From Antedon mediterranea (Eukaryota > Animalia > Echinodermata): 64,000 nt of DNA. Below the pieces are notes generated by a model. It did not search any database. It saw nothing but the letters and a program-made list of their open reading frames with translations, and was not told the origin of the DNA. The stretch's first letter is position 1. The number at the start of each line of letters is the position of its first letter. Shown piece after piece: positions 1 through 11,229 of this stretch. The DNA is taken from NCBI RefSeq assembly GCF_964355755.1, contig NC_092673.1, forward strand, positions 14,170,948-14,234,947. Direction: 5' to 3'. The position numbers and the translations under genes are program-made.

Positions 1-748
1 CATGTTTCTCGTTTATTTTTATCGTTTATACTGCATACCATAATATTATACAAAAAAACTTTCATGCGCGAGAAAAAAGTTCCCGATATTACACTCCACT
101 AAATATACCACGCTAACGCTTTCACACATGGACCAGGGCGGCGGAAATTAACTGCAATGGAAAATGGTGTATTTTGGAGAGTGATGAAGTCGGCATTCAA
201 ACGAGGAGTGAGCTAGCCAACGTGACGCTGGTAGTTTTAGGAGTGCGTGTCACGGTGTGTTTTGAAAATGGGTATTTTCCGAAGATTGTAAATCATGTTT
301 TCTTTTTAAACTCTTGAATTCATAATAGACTAGGCTATGAATGAGGTAGGTGCCACCCGGAGAGGTAGAAATTCTCATATAACTTTTCTAGACCAATTTT
401 TTCAAATATATTGGGTAAACGGGCTGTAACCTGAGAACTTTCGCATGAGGGCGCTTTTTTCAAAATGGCTGCCAGTTACAGTAGACTATGATATCTTGGC
501 AACCACTGGTCATAGAGAGTTGATTTTGGATTTTGTCGGAAAATGGCCGGAAATACCTCTATTGACCTTTGACCCAATATCTAACAGATATCATATCTCC
601 GTAACTACTGGACACAGAAAGTTGTAATTGGTGTCAAACTCTCCAGAATCCGAGTAATATGAGATAAATAAGCCATAACAAGGCCAACAATTTAATTCTT
701 TTACTACATACATGCTTCCCTTTAGTGTTTCAGTCTGTATGTCGTGTA

Positions 749-1330
749 TTAATCTTCAAGATCGCTCACATCACTGCAATCTGAAAAGTCTTCGTATTCA
801 TTATGTGTAAACAGTTCCTGGAAATCAGTGGGCATCACTGTCTCAATCCATTTAGGCTCCATTTGTTCGTTCCATCCATCCATTGTGTGTACTGTTGTTG
901 ACAAAATCATTGACGTCTGCTGAGCAAACTTCATTACTAAAGAATGGCAAAGTATATGAAACTCAAGGGTCATATCTTGCTTGATTTACACTTTTCCCCT
1001 TCACTCCATACATTGGTGAAACATTTTGCTTTTGATTCCAGAAGCTTCCAGCAGGTACGTTTTCCTTTCCGAACGAAAGCGGAGTTATACTTGTTACCTG
1101 TGAAAGCATGGAATCCAATAAGGGATGATTTCTGCGCTTTTGTTAAATCAATGTCACTCAATTTCAGTACATTTCGGTATTTCCCAGTGTTTGTATCAAT
1201 AATTACCCTCTGCCCATCATCTATGAAATGAGATAGTGAAATGACTGGAATGTCAAAGTCTCCAGAATGGGAACGAATTATTGCTACGCCTTGATTGTTA
1301 TTTGTTAAAGCATGCTTTGCATGCTGATGT
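749..1330 (-). pseudogene. Academ (XPG/FEN1-like nuclease type) transposon protein, C-terminal fragment
   Basis: Minus-strand translation HAKHAL..IIRSHSGDFDIPVI..IIDTNTGKYR..LIGFHAFTGNKYNSAFVRKGKRTCWK, then TLEFHIL..GW..PKW and an acidic tail. This fits XPG-like DxD and H3TH (FHAFTGxD) motifs. Internally deleted and frameshifted. Confidence 0.75.
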
Positions 1331-1521
1331 TTAATGCACCAGACTACACCACTAATTTATCTAGAACACTTCCACTCATCAGCAAACAAATCACAGATTT
1401 GAATGGACAAGAGTGGAGGTAGGATTAAATATATCTTAATATAATTTACAAAACATCATAATTTCCTGAGTCCATACATGAAATCTGCAATTAACATGTG
1501 TTTGTTCTATTTGTTTTTTAG

Positions 1522-2827
1522 AGGTTATAAACTGCGGGTCTTCTTTTTTGGAGATTATGATTTTCTAGTCCGAATATATGGGTTATATTCACCTAATGGT
1601 AAGAATAGAATTATAGATTAATTAGAAAATATGTTATGATTAATATATATTGTATGTATTGATATCACTGGATGTATTCCTATTCCAGGAAGATGTCTAC
1701 AGAATATGTCTGAAGATTATGCAAAATTTATTGGCTCTGGGTCGAAAGAGGACAAAAGTAAGGATGTTTCTAGAAACATTGTCCGGGAGCCAATGGTTAA
1801 TGTAGATATTGACCATGTAAGTTTTGATTTTACATTTTAAAACAACATTACATAATAAAATAATAAATTACAAAATAAATTTAAATATAAACACTCATCG
1901 ATACCATGTCTTCACATTTCACTAGGAGTTTTTAAAAACCTATATGATTTGCTGGAATGTGAAGCCCATGAGATGGACAGACAACTCTATAAGTTCAGGT
2001 ATGGAAATAAAGTACATTTAAAAAAACAGTGTACCAATCAAAAAACGTAATCCATCAGCAGAGAGCAGAAACAATTTTGAACTCGTAAGTAAAGTAAAAT
2101 ATCACGGACTTAGAGTGGCTAATGCAATTAAAAGATTATTAATTATAAATAAAAATAAATATAATTAAAAATATTGCATGTACTTTGAGAAAGAAACAAT
2201 TGAGAAAGATCAACTAAAACATGGTATGGGGCCCATTGCATGTTCAATGGATTTGGTGCTGAAAGAAAATCGAGTAGACCGAAGAGCATACCACGGCAAG
2301 GCTTTCAATGGCAATCACGTCCATAAATGTTGTAAGGTAAATTGCACATTTAATATCTAAACAATTTTATTGTGTAATAGTTTGCAACATCATTGCAAAA
2401 CATACATTTCATTTAGATATTTAATTAAAATATGTAAATTATAAAAAACACTTTTTTTCTTTTTTTTTTGATAGACAACGACATCAAGGATTTTTTTATA
2501 GAGTACAGGAAATATGGTTATAACATCTCACCTAAACTGCACATGTTGGAGGTGCATGTTGTACCAACCCTTCGAAGATGGCATGTTGGACTAGGCTTGC
2601 TCAGTGAGCAAGGTGGCGAGCAAATTCATGCAGCATTCAATCGACAGAGCCGCAACGTCCATGGCGTCAATTCAGAAGGCAAGAAAATGAAATCCATAAT
2701 GAAAAATCACATGGTGTACACAGTCCCCGAAATCCATCACAGAATAGTTCCACCTAAAAAAAGAAAACATTTCTTTCAAACTCGGAGCGCTGATATTTCA
2801 AAATACTGTCGTTTAATCATCAACTAA
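1522..2827 (+). pseudogene. Intron-containing Chapaev/Transib(RAG1)-like DDE transposase remnant
   Basis: Exon pieces LRVFFFGDYDFLVRIYG, IPCLHISLGVFKNLYDLLE, RRAYHGKAFNGNHVHK and SPKLHMLEVHVVP..GLGLLSEQGGEQIHAAFN, separated by AT-rich GT..AG introns; contains stops and frameshifts. Confidence 0.7.
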
Positions 2828-3501
2828 TGAATATGCACGATATGCTAATGACCACATACTTTTTGAGCGACGGCCGCCGGTAATCGAAAAAAAGTTTAGT
2901 GTCACGATTATTGGAAAACTTGTGCGCTTAGAGCGTGAAAGATTGTTTTTGCATCCGATTGTCGAAAAGATAAAAAGCCCGTCCCGAGAGGAGAGCAAGG
3001 ACGATAGGCTCTCATCTCAATTAGGCCTATCTACTCTTTCTACTAGGTAGAGGCCTACTCTTTCTACTAGGTAGAGGCCTACCAATAAGGAGGGAAATAA
3101 TATACAGTATTTTGATATCAAACCATAATCAATAGAAATTGACTGTGATCAAACCAAAAGTAATCGTGTCACACTGTATCCGTTTTTTTTATTCTCCATT
3201 CTGTTTCGCCAATCCATAATATCCTACTAGGCTACTCTAGAGTTGGCCCTAGTACTAGGTTTATATGTCTATGCTAGAGTCTTGATAACTAGAAAACCTG
3301 CCTATGCTAAATAAGTACTAGACACTAGGCCTAAATGAAAGGTATACTTTGCTAGGATTAACTGTACAAATATTATGTTTGCAGCATATATAATTTTATA
3401 AATACAGTAATATTATTTTAATACATACTGTAAGTACTTGTGTTGTTTCCTATATAGGCCTAGTGCATATATTTATTTTTTGTGTGTTGTACCTAATATA
3501 G

Positions 3502-4217
3502 ACCTAAGAAAGATGGAACCCATATTGTTCTACAACAGAGAGAAGAAAACATTTCTGTAAGAATTTTTTATTTTGTGGATATATGTCTAGAATGGAGATT
3601 TAAGAACGTGACAACAATGCATGAAAGTTTTATGATTATTTTTTAAAGTTATGTGTCATGGAAAACCAAAACTATATTTATATGCAGCCTGTATTTAATT
3701 TGCAGTCAAAAATAGATGCACTTAACGAGAATGAAGTCCGGAATCTTTTAAAAGAGGCAGCAAAAAAAAAATCCTGGCTTGATTCTAAGTGTTTTGGATA
3801 GGCAACAGCTGCCTGAAAGAGGACATCACCCAGATGCTGATGGAGCTGCACCAGACTGGTGTGTGTGCCACGCCTGCCGTGAGATGCCGACACAGGTAGA
3901 GCGAATGTGTTGTGGGTATAATCCCGATAATTGCACATCCCTACTTCCAGTAAGTACAATATTTTAATTTTTTTTAAAGAAAAATTGCTTTACATTTTTA
4001 ACATTTAACAACATTTTTTTAGGACTTTGAACTGCTTGTTCTGAATGAGGCAGTGTTAGACATTGCGCGGGCATCCCGGCAAGATGTTTTAGTCGCCCCA
4101 TTAGACAACAACTGGAGCAGAGGCCATAGGCATACTGCCTACAGACAGTATATTTTGTGGCAGCATGGCAGACTTGGCATAGGAATTCGCAGGACTATTC
4201 CAAGTTGCTGCACTTAA
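3502..4217 (+). pseudogene. P2X7 C-terminal (ballast)-like Cys-rich protein, accessory gene of a Kolobok element
   Basis: Exons 3706-3949 and 4023-4217 give PDWCVCHACREMPTQVERMCCG..C and [28 protein letters not shown]. Frameshift in the A-run near 3770, truncated after PSCC. Confidence 0.8.
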
Positions 4218-4315
4218 AGTTCATATATGATGTAATGGGAAAAAAAAAATATTACAAGAAATATTTTGAAATTGTAATTCGAGTACATAATAAAAAATGA
4301 GGTAATTAATATATC

Positions 4316-4392
4316 TATTATACTACTGTATAATATATTATACTACTGTATAATATATTATACTACTGTATAATATATTATACTACTGTATA
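4316..4392. repeat. 20-bp tandem repeat (TACTACTGTATAATATATTA, about 3.7 copies)
   Basis: Directly visible; lies between the converging 3' ends of the two Kolobok genes. Confidence 0.95.
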
Positions 4393-4399
4393 AAAAAAA

Positions 4400-5180
4400 T
4401 CGTGATAATTTGTCATCAACTAATTGCTGTGTTGGTGGTGGCTGAACTTGAGCAATTGTTGGGAAAATTCTTCTAGGATCATTTACATCTAAATCCAATG
4501 CTGCCTTCAAACTGGTATCGTCCATTAATCGCAGCTCAACAACCATTTCAAACAAGGTTTGGATGTACCCATACGTTTTCTCTTCTTTGACAGGTACCAC
4601 TGTCCACCTTTTGCTTTTTTTGTTGAATAAACGTTGATACCTATAAAGAAAAGCAGAATATTGTGGGCCAAGTGAATTACAATTTCACATTGTTTAATTA
4701 TCACTGTATATAACAATGTATCCTTTATTGTGAGAATGTTAAATTGATCATGTTTATATGGAATTTGGAAAGCCGATCACATCCACAAATTGCTGGCAGT
4801 TGAAACAAATATTAAATTAACTAATTATTACTAAATGCATAATTTATAGAACAATTTAACATTTATTGTTTACTGTAAAAAGAATAAAAAATCATATTTC
4901 AACACAGTAGGTTCTCAATACAGTTTTTTTCTACATCCTACACAAAGTACTCACCGGAAATTGAGCCAGTATGGAATCTTGTTGAGGAACCTTTTGCTCA
5001 AAACAATGTTCCTCAATGCATTATGTGCTGGATCGCCTTTTGCTAACCAGCCTTTATCTCTATCTGTTTCTAATGGGCCATGGCTGCAACAGACCGTTCC
5101 ACTATCACTGTACGACAACATCCATTCATGTTCGTTGACGACATGGTGGATAATTCCTCCTTTCCTTCATGACAGAATTA
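4400..5180 (-). pseudogene. Kolobok transposase, C-terminal exons
   Basis: Minus strand HHVVNEHEW..CSHGPL..WL..AHNALRNIVLSKRFLNKIPYWLNFR and VPVKEEKTYGYIQTL..DPRRIFPTIAQVQPPPTQQLV..SRF; tail-to-tail with the P2X7-like gene. Confidence 0.75.
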
Positions 5181-8045
5181 ATTAAAGTGTGAAACAAATT
5201 ATGAATAGATGTTATTGCCATAATGAAGATGAGAGTCAGGATAGCAAGGAACTGTAGCCATAAATTGCAAATAATAAATCACTGGAAGTGTTTCTGTTGC
5301 ACTCAAATCAGAATGGGCAGAAAAATGCACTCTTCTATTCATTCTATTGGTAAGGTCGGCAATTACTTTTTCCGTGTTGATTATCAAGCCAGAGGATCAC
5401 CACATATTCATGGTTGAAAATGCACCTCAATTAGGAATTGACGAAAATGTAAAAGTAACAGAATTCATGTCTATGTTGTGTCCGGGGTTGTTTCATACAT
5501 GTCAAAAGCTGAAAGAGAAATGGGACTACTTTTATCACAAGCACAGACTGAAATTATGTTAATGACATTAACAGAATGTTGATTACAGGGAGAATATTTA
5601 ATATTTTAATATTTGGTTTGATACTTTTTGAGATAATAATCCTGTTTTTGGAATTGATTTAAAAAGGCAAATGAGATTAAATTTTTTTTTTCTCAGTTTT
5701 TCTTTAAAGCAGCGCCATTTAAATTTGATGAAAGTGTAGTTAAAGACTACAGAAATCCAGCAAAGGTTGCTTTAAATCAAATCCAAAGAAGACTGTCGGC
5801 TGAGGGAAACGTGTCTTATATTGGTGAAGTGAGAACAGTTGGAGAAAATAAACGTTTACACACAATCCATATAAGCGATGGGCCGGATACCATTGAGGTG
5901 AACTTGTGGGGTGACAACGCAGACGTTGCCTTCACTAAATGAAAGGGTGGAAGCAACTGGCTTAATGGTCACTGAATACAAAGATGTAAAAAAACTGGAA
6001 TCAACATCATCGTTGGTAACTAAAAATGGGGTACAAAAAAAAAACATGCTTGGAGACAAAATCAATCAATCAATCGTTTTTACGTTTGATGATTAAAACC
6101 AAACTTTGAATATGGTATCCATGATCGTGAAATACGCTCCAGTTGAAAATAAAGTTTCAACTGATAGAAAGTTTGATTACAACATCCAATCAGCGGCTAA
6201 TATATTGTGGCGTGTGCAAAAAAGTTTGTCTTGTTCCCACGAGCCGGCCCAGTCTGCAGGCTCTTCTTCGATCGTATTTTAGATCCTTCTTTTGCCAACA
6301 ATTTACGAGCAACCGTATTGGTAACATATAACAATTGAATCAATATATATTTTAGAAGGTTGGTTATCATTTATTTTAAATTTAATCTAAGGCATGAGCT
6401 ACATTTGACGCCTACATTCACACCACCCACCGCACACATTTTCTGGCCTCAACAGTCTAGGCTAGCCTAGGCCTAGTCGATCACAGACAGATCTCGTTGA
6501 CCGACTACTGCAGGCGCGCAATCGCGTGCGCCAGTGGTGAGTGTGGTGTATGGTTCGAGTTTATTTTGGCCGGTTACCGAATTTTAGGCCTAGCTAGTGA
6601 GTAGGTTATATTTACTAGGGCCTAGGCCTATCTGTATTTAAATCACTTTATTTAAACATGACATCTGTGTATCTTGGGTATTTTCATGTTGTAAAAAGTG
6701 ATGCTTTTGTTAAACTTTAAAACAGTGAACAGGGACTGGATTAAAAAATATTTCCAACCAATAAGAAACTTTGTGACGTACTGACCTGATGCTAGAAAAA
6801 GATTGCTTAATTAAATTGGTGGCTTGATTGTATCTCAACTAGGCTAGCCTACTAATTTAACTATTTTTGTTACTAGGCCTATTATAATGTTTTATATTTT
6901 GTGCACTAGGCCTAGTCGTCTTGTTATGCTGATTTGAGGCCTACTATATGTCTTATACTTCCATGGAAACTCTTCACCGTTCAGCCATTGTCAATCATAA
7001 CCCAACCAGTACTTTCATTCAGATACATTATAGAAGCCATGGTTATTTGTGAACTTTGTAGATGCCCTCCCAAGAAAAAGGGTATGGCTCTATCACTAAT
7101 CTTTGAATCGATTGAAACTTCCTCAATCGTCAATTCAATCGATCTGATTTGTCCCTAATCACAGTCGGCCAAAAGATTGAATATTCATTCAATCAATTTA
7201 AGAGAGTAGGTTTCAACGGCCTTATGAAATAATATTTACTTCAGGCAATGACGAATATGTCATTCTGATTACTGAAAACTCAGAGATGAATGGTGACCTC
7301 TCTGTTCTTCCAATTTCGGCACACGTCACAACAATTGACAGCGGTTCATGTAGGCCTATGGAATGTGTTTCGTTAAACGTCGTCGTCAATGATGATGGTG
7401 ATGATGTCGACTTTGAACAAACTGATTGAACTATTACTATGGCACAATCTAAAATCTTCAGTATATCTAGATCAGAGACATCAATACCTATTGCGTAATG
7501 ATCTTCTATTATTTCCAACAATTCTGAATCTATGTTTATTGAAATTAAAGCCCAGCCAAAAAATATAATCCTTGCTGTAATATTCACTTTTACCTTAGTT
7601 TTGTTAAGACCTTTCTGAAATATACATCGCTCTTGGATATGTGACGAACCAAACATATATTTCACTGATAAACTGCGGAGCTATTTTTGTTTAATTTTTT
7701 TTTTAAACGTTTCATACTGTATACAGTCACAGTAATGGGGTTTCACGAGAGGGTATTGAGTTCCTTTTGCTACTGTTTTAATAAGATGTAAAGTACACTC
7801 TTGAAAATAAGGTGGATCCAAATCTTAAATGGCTATGTGCAAGCTGCCACATTAGCGCACTTGGTGGACGCATAACACCATTTCAGTTTAAGGAGCATGG
7901 AGATAAATGCTTAGCGTGCTACTTGTTTAGTCAACAAGCAAGACTTGGTCGAAGGCTGACTGGTAGTTTTATTTCCACCCATGAGCACTTGCTCAATTTG
8001 AAATTTTTAAAATGATGATAATAAAGTGTATGAATGTCAGATCTG
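5180..8045 (+). mobile_element. Helitron/Helentron-like remnant, copy 1: Rep HUH motif plus OB-fold/Zn-ribbon accessory fragments
   Basis: IGKVGNYFFRVDYQARGSPHIHG (Rep motif 2) near 5345-5415; OB-like GEVRTVGENKRLHTIHISDGPDTIEVNLWGD near 5820-5915; YCGVCKK near 6200. Segments 5600-6060, 7466-7540 and 7580-8045 recur at 51670-53345. Confidence 0.7.
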
Positions 8046-8930
8046 TCAGGGAGTCGGACGCTGAGTAGAGCAGAGAAGAATTATTGTGTTACTAGAAGAG
8101 AGTTGTTAGCGTTGGTGCACTTCCTGAAGTACTTCAGGCAGTACCTATATGGACGAAAGATTACAAAGTGGTGCTGCCAAGTAACCTCCGGTCCCAGATG
8201 ATGGACGAGGTGCACGGGGGTGTTACCAGTGGGCACTTGGGGGTAACTAAGACATTAGGAAAATTGAAACAAAAGTTCTACTGGCCCAGGATGCACCTAG
8301 ACGTACGAGCATATGTCAGAAAGTGTGGGCCATGCGCCAAACAGAAAACCCCACCCCAGCGCAGGAAGGCTCCCCTCTAGCAGTGGCCAGTGCATGAACC
8401 AATGGAACGAGTAGCAATGGACATCCTAGGGCCCCTGCTCCAGTCGACTAAAGGCAATAAGTACGTGCTTGTGGTGGGCGAGTACTTAACCAAATGGATG
8501 GAAGCTTATCCGATTCCGGATCAATGTGCAGAGACGGTGGCTAGAAAGTTGGTAGAGGAATTCGTGCTACGATACGGAGTACCTAAACAAATACACTCCG
8601 ATCAGGGTAGGAACTTTGAGTCGGCTGTTATTGCAGAGATGTGTAAAATACTTGGCACCCACAGGAGTCTACGGGAGAAACCCTGTTCATGATGATGTTT
8701 GGTAGAGAGGCTGTTGTACCCGTAGATCTACTTGTTGAATCGGCAGAAGCCGTAGCAGTGGACGAGACGGACGATCTGGCAACAAGTACCCGAAAGCAAC
8801 TGCAGCTGGCTGCTGTACGTGCGCGAGAAGCATTGAATAAGAGCGCCCGGAGGCAGAAGCGGTTATATGACCGATTGGTCCCAAAGGGAAGTACCGGGTA
8901 GTTCACTTCGACCTCCTCAAGGTCTATGAG
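8046..8930 (+). pseudogene. Gypsy/Ty3 pol remnant: RNase H fragment and integrase
   Basis: SRAEKNYCVTRRELLALVHFLKYFRQYLYGR; HHCC zinc domain (HGGVTSGHLGVTKT..YWPRM..CGPC); rve core PMERVAMDILGPL..IHSDQGRNFES; MMFGRE. Stops and deletions. Confidence 0.92.
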
Positions 8931-9139
8931 GGAAACGTTACAGGAACGTGCTGATGTACCAGACTTGTCAGGCTCGGCAGAACCCGAACCAGATAACTGA
9001 TCCCGCTATCCGAAAAGGCGACAGAGGAACCGTCCTGCACGGTTTCTCCAAGATTAGTACGGTGTATTGAAACTGCTGGACCGGATAGTTATTTTTGTTT
9101 TTTTTTTTATTTCCAGATTGGAACGAAAGAATGTAAAGA

Positions 9140-9532
9140 GTGCAAATCCGAGTTTCCTACTGTGACGAAACCAGGAACCACCTGTATTCTCATTCCGGTG
9201 GATTGCGGGGGCGACCAGGCCCGGCGGAAGAGGCCGAGTTACGTGCCACACTACCGGAAATTGAACTGTCGCCATGTTCGCAGTCGTTGTTGGACGAGAT
9301 GGTGAAGGGAGAAGACCCGGTGCCGAAGAAAGTCCGTCGAGTCTCAAAGGGAAAGCCCGCTTTTCTATCTGATGAGACCCCAGAGGCCCTGACATCGGAT
9401 GGTACCGGTTTCTTGGAAAAGAGGGTTGCGGACCGGGTTACGAAAGTAATCAAAAAGAAGAAACTCACACATTACCGAGACGGAAGTGTCAGCCTAGTGG
9501 AGGAAGTGACAGAAGAATACTTGTTGGATTAG
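9140..9532 (+). CDS. Unknown 130-aa ORF in the Gypsy 3' region between integrase and PPT
   Basis: Open, GC-richer frame (GTG start in the ORF track) ending THYRDGSVSLVEEVTEEYLLD; no recognised domain. Confidence 0.35.
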   Translation: MQIRVSYCDETRNHLYSHSGGLRGRPGPAEEAELRATLPEIELSPCSQSLLDEMVKGEDPVPKKVRRVSKGKPAFLSDETPEALTSDGTGFLEKRVADRVTKVIKKKKLTHYRDGSVSLVEEVTEEYLLD

Positions 9533-9644
9533 CTACTTGTTTTTTTAATCCCTTAAGGAATGCGGCAGAGGCATAGTAAACCCTCTGTCTAAGTTTTGTT
9601 TGTTTGATTTTTTTTTATTGACGATTCAGGGGACGAATCGTTCT

Positions 9645-9800
9645 GGGAGGGGGGGCAGTGTAACGATTTTGATACCCCTCTTATTGTTGTGGAGTAGTCC
9701 TCTTAGGAGGCTTCTGATTGGTGGGTGGATTTGTAATCTAAGGAGGAAGAAATCCACATGTGAGGCAGTGGAGCTCCAGGAAGAGTCATAGGCTTAAAAA
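9645..9800 (+). mobile_element. Gypsy polypurine tract and start of 3' LTR
   Basis: GGGAGGGGGGGCAG (9645-9658) directly followed by TGTAACG at 9659, preceded by a short hairpin ACGATTC-AGGGGAC-GAATCGT. LTR end not located. Confidence 0.75.
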
Positions 9801-9905
9801 TTATCTGATCCAATCCATACTAGGAATTACTTTGTACCTTAAGTTACACGCAATTACTAGGTAGGGCATACAAATATCATTTCTATTGTGTACTGTATCA
9901 TCAGT

Positions 9906-9977
9906 TGTGAAAAGAATAAAACAGAAGCACAAACTACAATCTGTTACGAATTCAGGAGGTGTTTTATTCTTTTCACG
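9906..9977. repeat. Short inverted repeat / tiny MITE-like hairpin
   Basis: GTGAAAAGAATAAAACA ... TGTTTTATTCTTTTCAC with a spacer of about 36 bp. Confidence 0.7.
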
Positions 9978-10719
9978 TCATATAAAAAGGTCGGCTTGTA
10001 GGCCTGACATTTTCAAAGTATAAGTGGTAATTCAGTGTGTGTTTAGTGGGGCAAGTTGTCACAAATATGTTATTTTATTGTTTTTGTGTTTTATCTATCT
10101 TACGGTCTAAGAAAGGTTCCCTAGTCATATTTACTCTCTTACAGACTACTACTTTATTATTTTAGTTTTAGCTAGGCCTCTATTGCTGTCATATAAATGA
10201 CCTACTCTTGTTTTGTAGGCCTTAATCATTTTTTTTTTATATAGGAACCCCTAACAATCGAAAAAACACAATATATTATTTTATCTATTTTATTCAGATG
10301 GTATGCAATTATAGCGTGAAAAAGAATTTTAGATGAAACATCACAACCAAAGATGAAGAATAAATTCTGCAGATTGATGAAAAGGTGATTTTAGAGCTCA
10401 CAGACGAAGAACTGAAAAGGGGACAGGGTATCTCGCAAGCTGGTTGGAGAAACTTCAGTACAACATAGAAAACTAGAATTACTAAAAGCCCTTCAGCCCA
10501 AAGTACGTCAGAAAGACACAGGCCATCACAGTAGCCTCATCATTAATAGACACGGACTCCTCAGATGACCTACTAGATGTTACCTTCAATGTACCACTGG
10601 AAACACAGTTAATGTTCCAGCCCTCAGACATGACATAAACAGTACACAGTAGTGTGCGGTGACAGAGGTTTTGCACCTGGCATATAGGCAAGAACAGATG
10701 TTTCCTGTAAAGATTATCA

Positions 10720-10990
10720 GAGATAGCACACAAAGAAATCATTCAAGTGCCCATGTTTGTAGCAGACTGTGGGAGTTCAATACTGAAAACCTTGAACATT
10801 TCTCCATGTAATATGGATAAGATCTACACCGACCTTAAGCCAAGTACAAAAAGAGTGTTGAAACTGTTTAATTTTTCTGACCTACTGTCTGCAGATGAAA
10901 ATATCCTGGCTTCATCCCTGAAAAAACTGATCCGGGAGATGGATATGAGCCATCTGTGTCTCTTCTTACGGTTTTGTACTGGTGCAGACA
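10720..10990 (+). pseudogene. HECT-like ubiquitin ligase domain fragment (TE-associated type)
   Basis: AHKEIIQVPMFVADC..LKPSTKRVLKLF..LKKLIREMD..LCLFLRFCTGAD resembles the HECT C-lobe entry motif FLxFxTG. Confidence 0.6.
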
Positions 10991-11202
10991 TGGAGAGTCG
11001 GGGAAGGAAGCGCTCGCGCCGTGGTAGTACCCTGGTGACGATGTCTGAAAAGAAAAGACGAAAAAGCAGGCTAAATGTTGGAAGTAACAATCGTAGGATA
11101 TTTTTAAGCCATGCACTTTTTGACAGATGGGTTTCAGTGAAAGAGATGAATGATCTTGAGAGTAACTCTGATGTCGTATTGTTTATTTCTTATGGTACTT
11201 AA
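10990..11202 (+). pseudogene. Kolobok-type transposase N-terminal fragment
   Basis: RRIFLSHALFDRWVSVKEMNDLESNSDVVLF resembles the RVxIGxAFxRWxxLK..SDxEVAxFLL N-terminal motif; fused in frame to the HECT fragment. Confidence 0.45.
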
Positions 11203-11229
11203 AAAACTACAATACTACTACTACTACTA

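Noticed and set aside
3706-4217. P2RX7 purinoceptor gene
   Set aside because: Only the C-terminal Cys-rich domain is present, next to a transposase; no channel domains.
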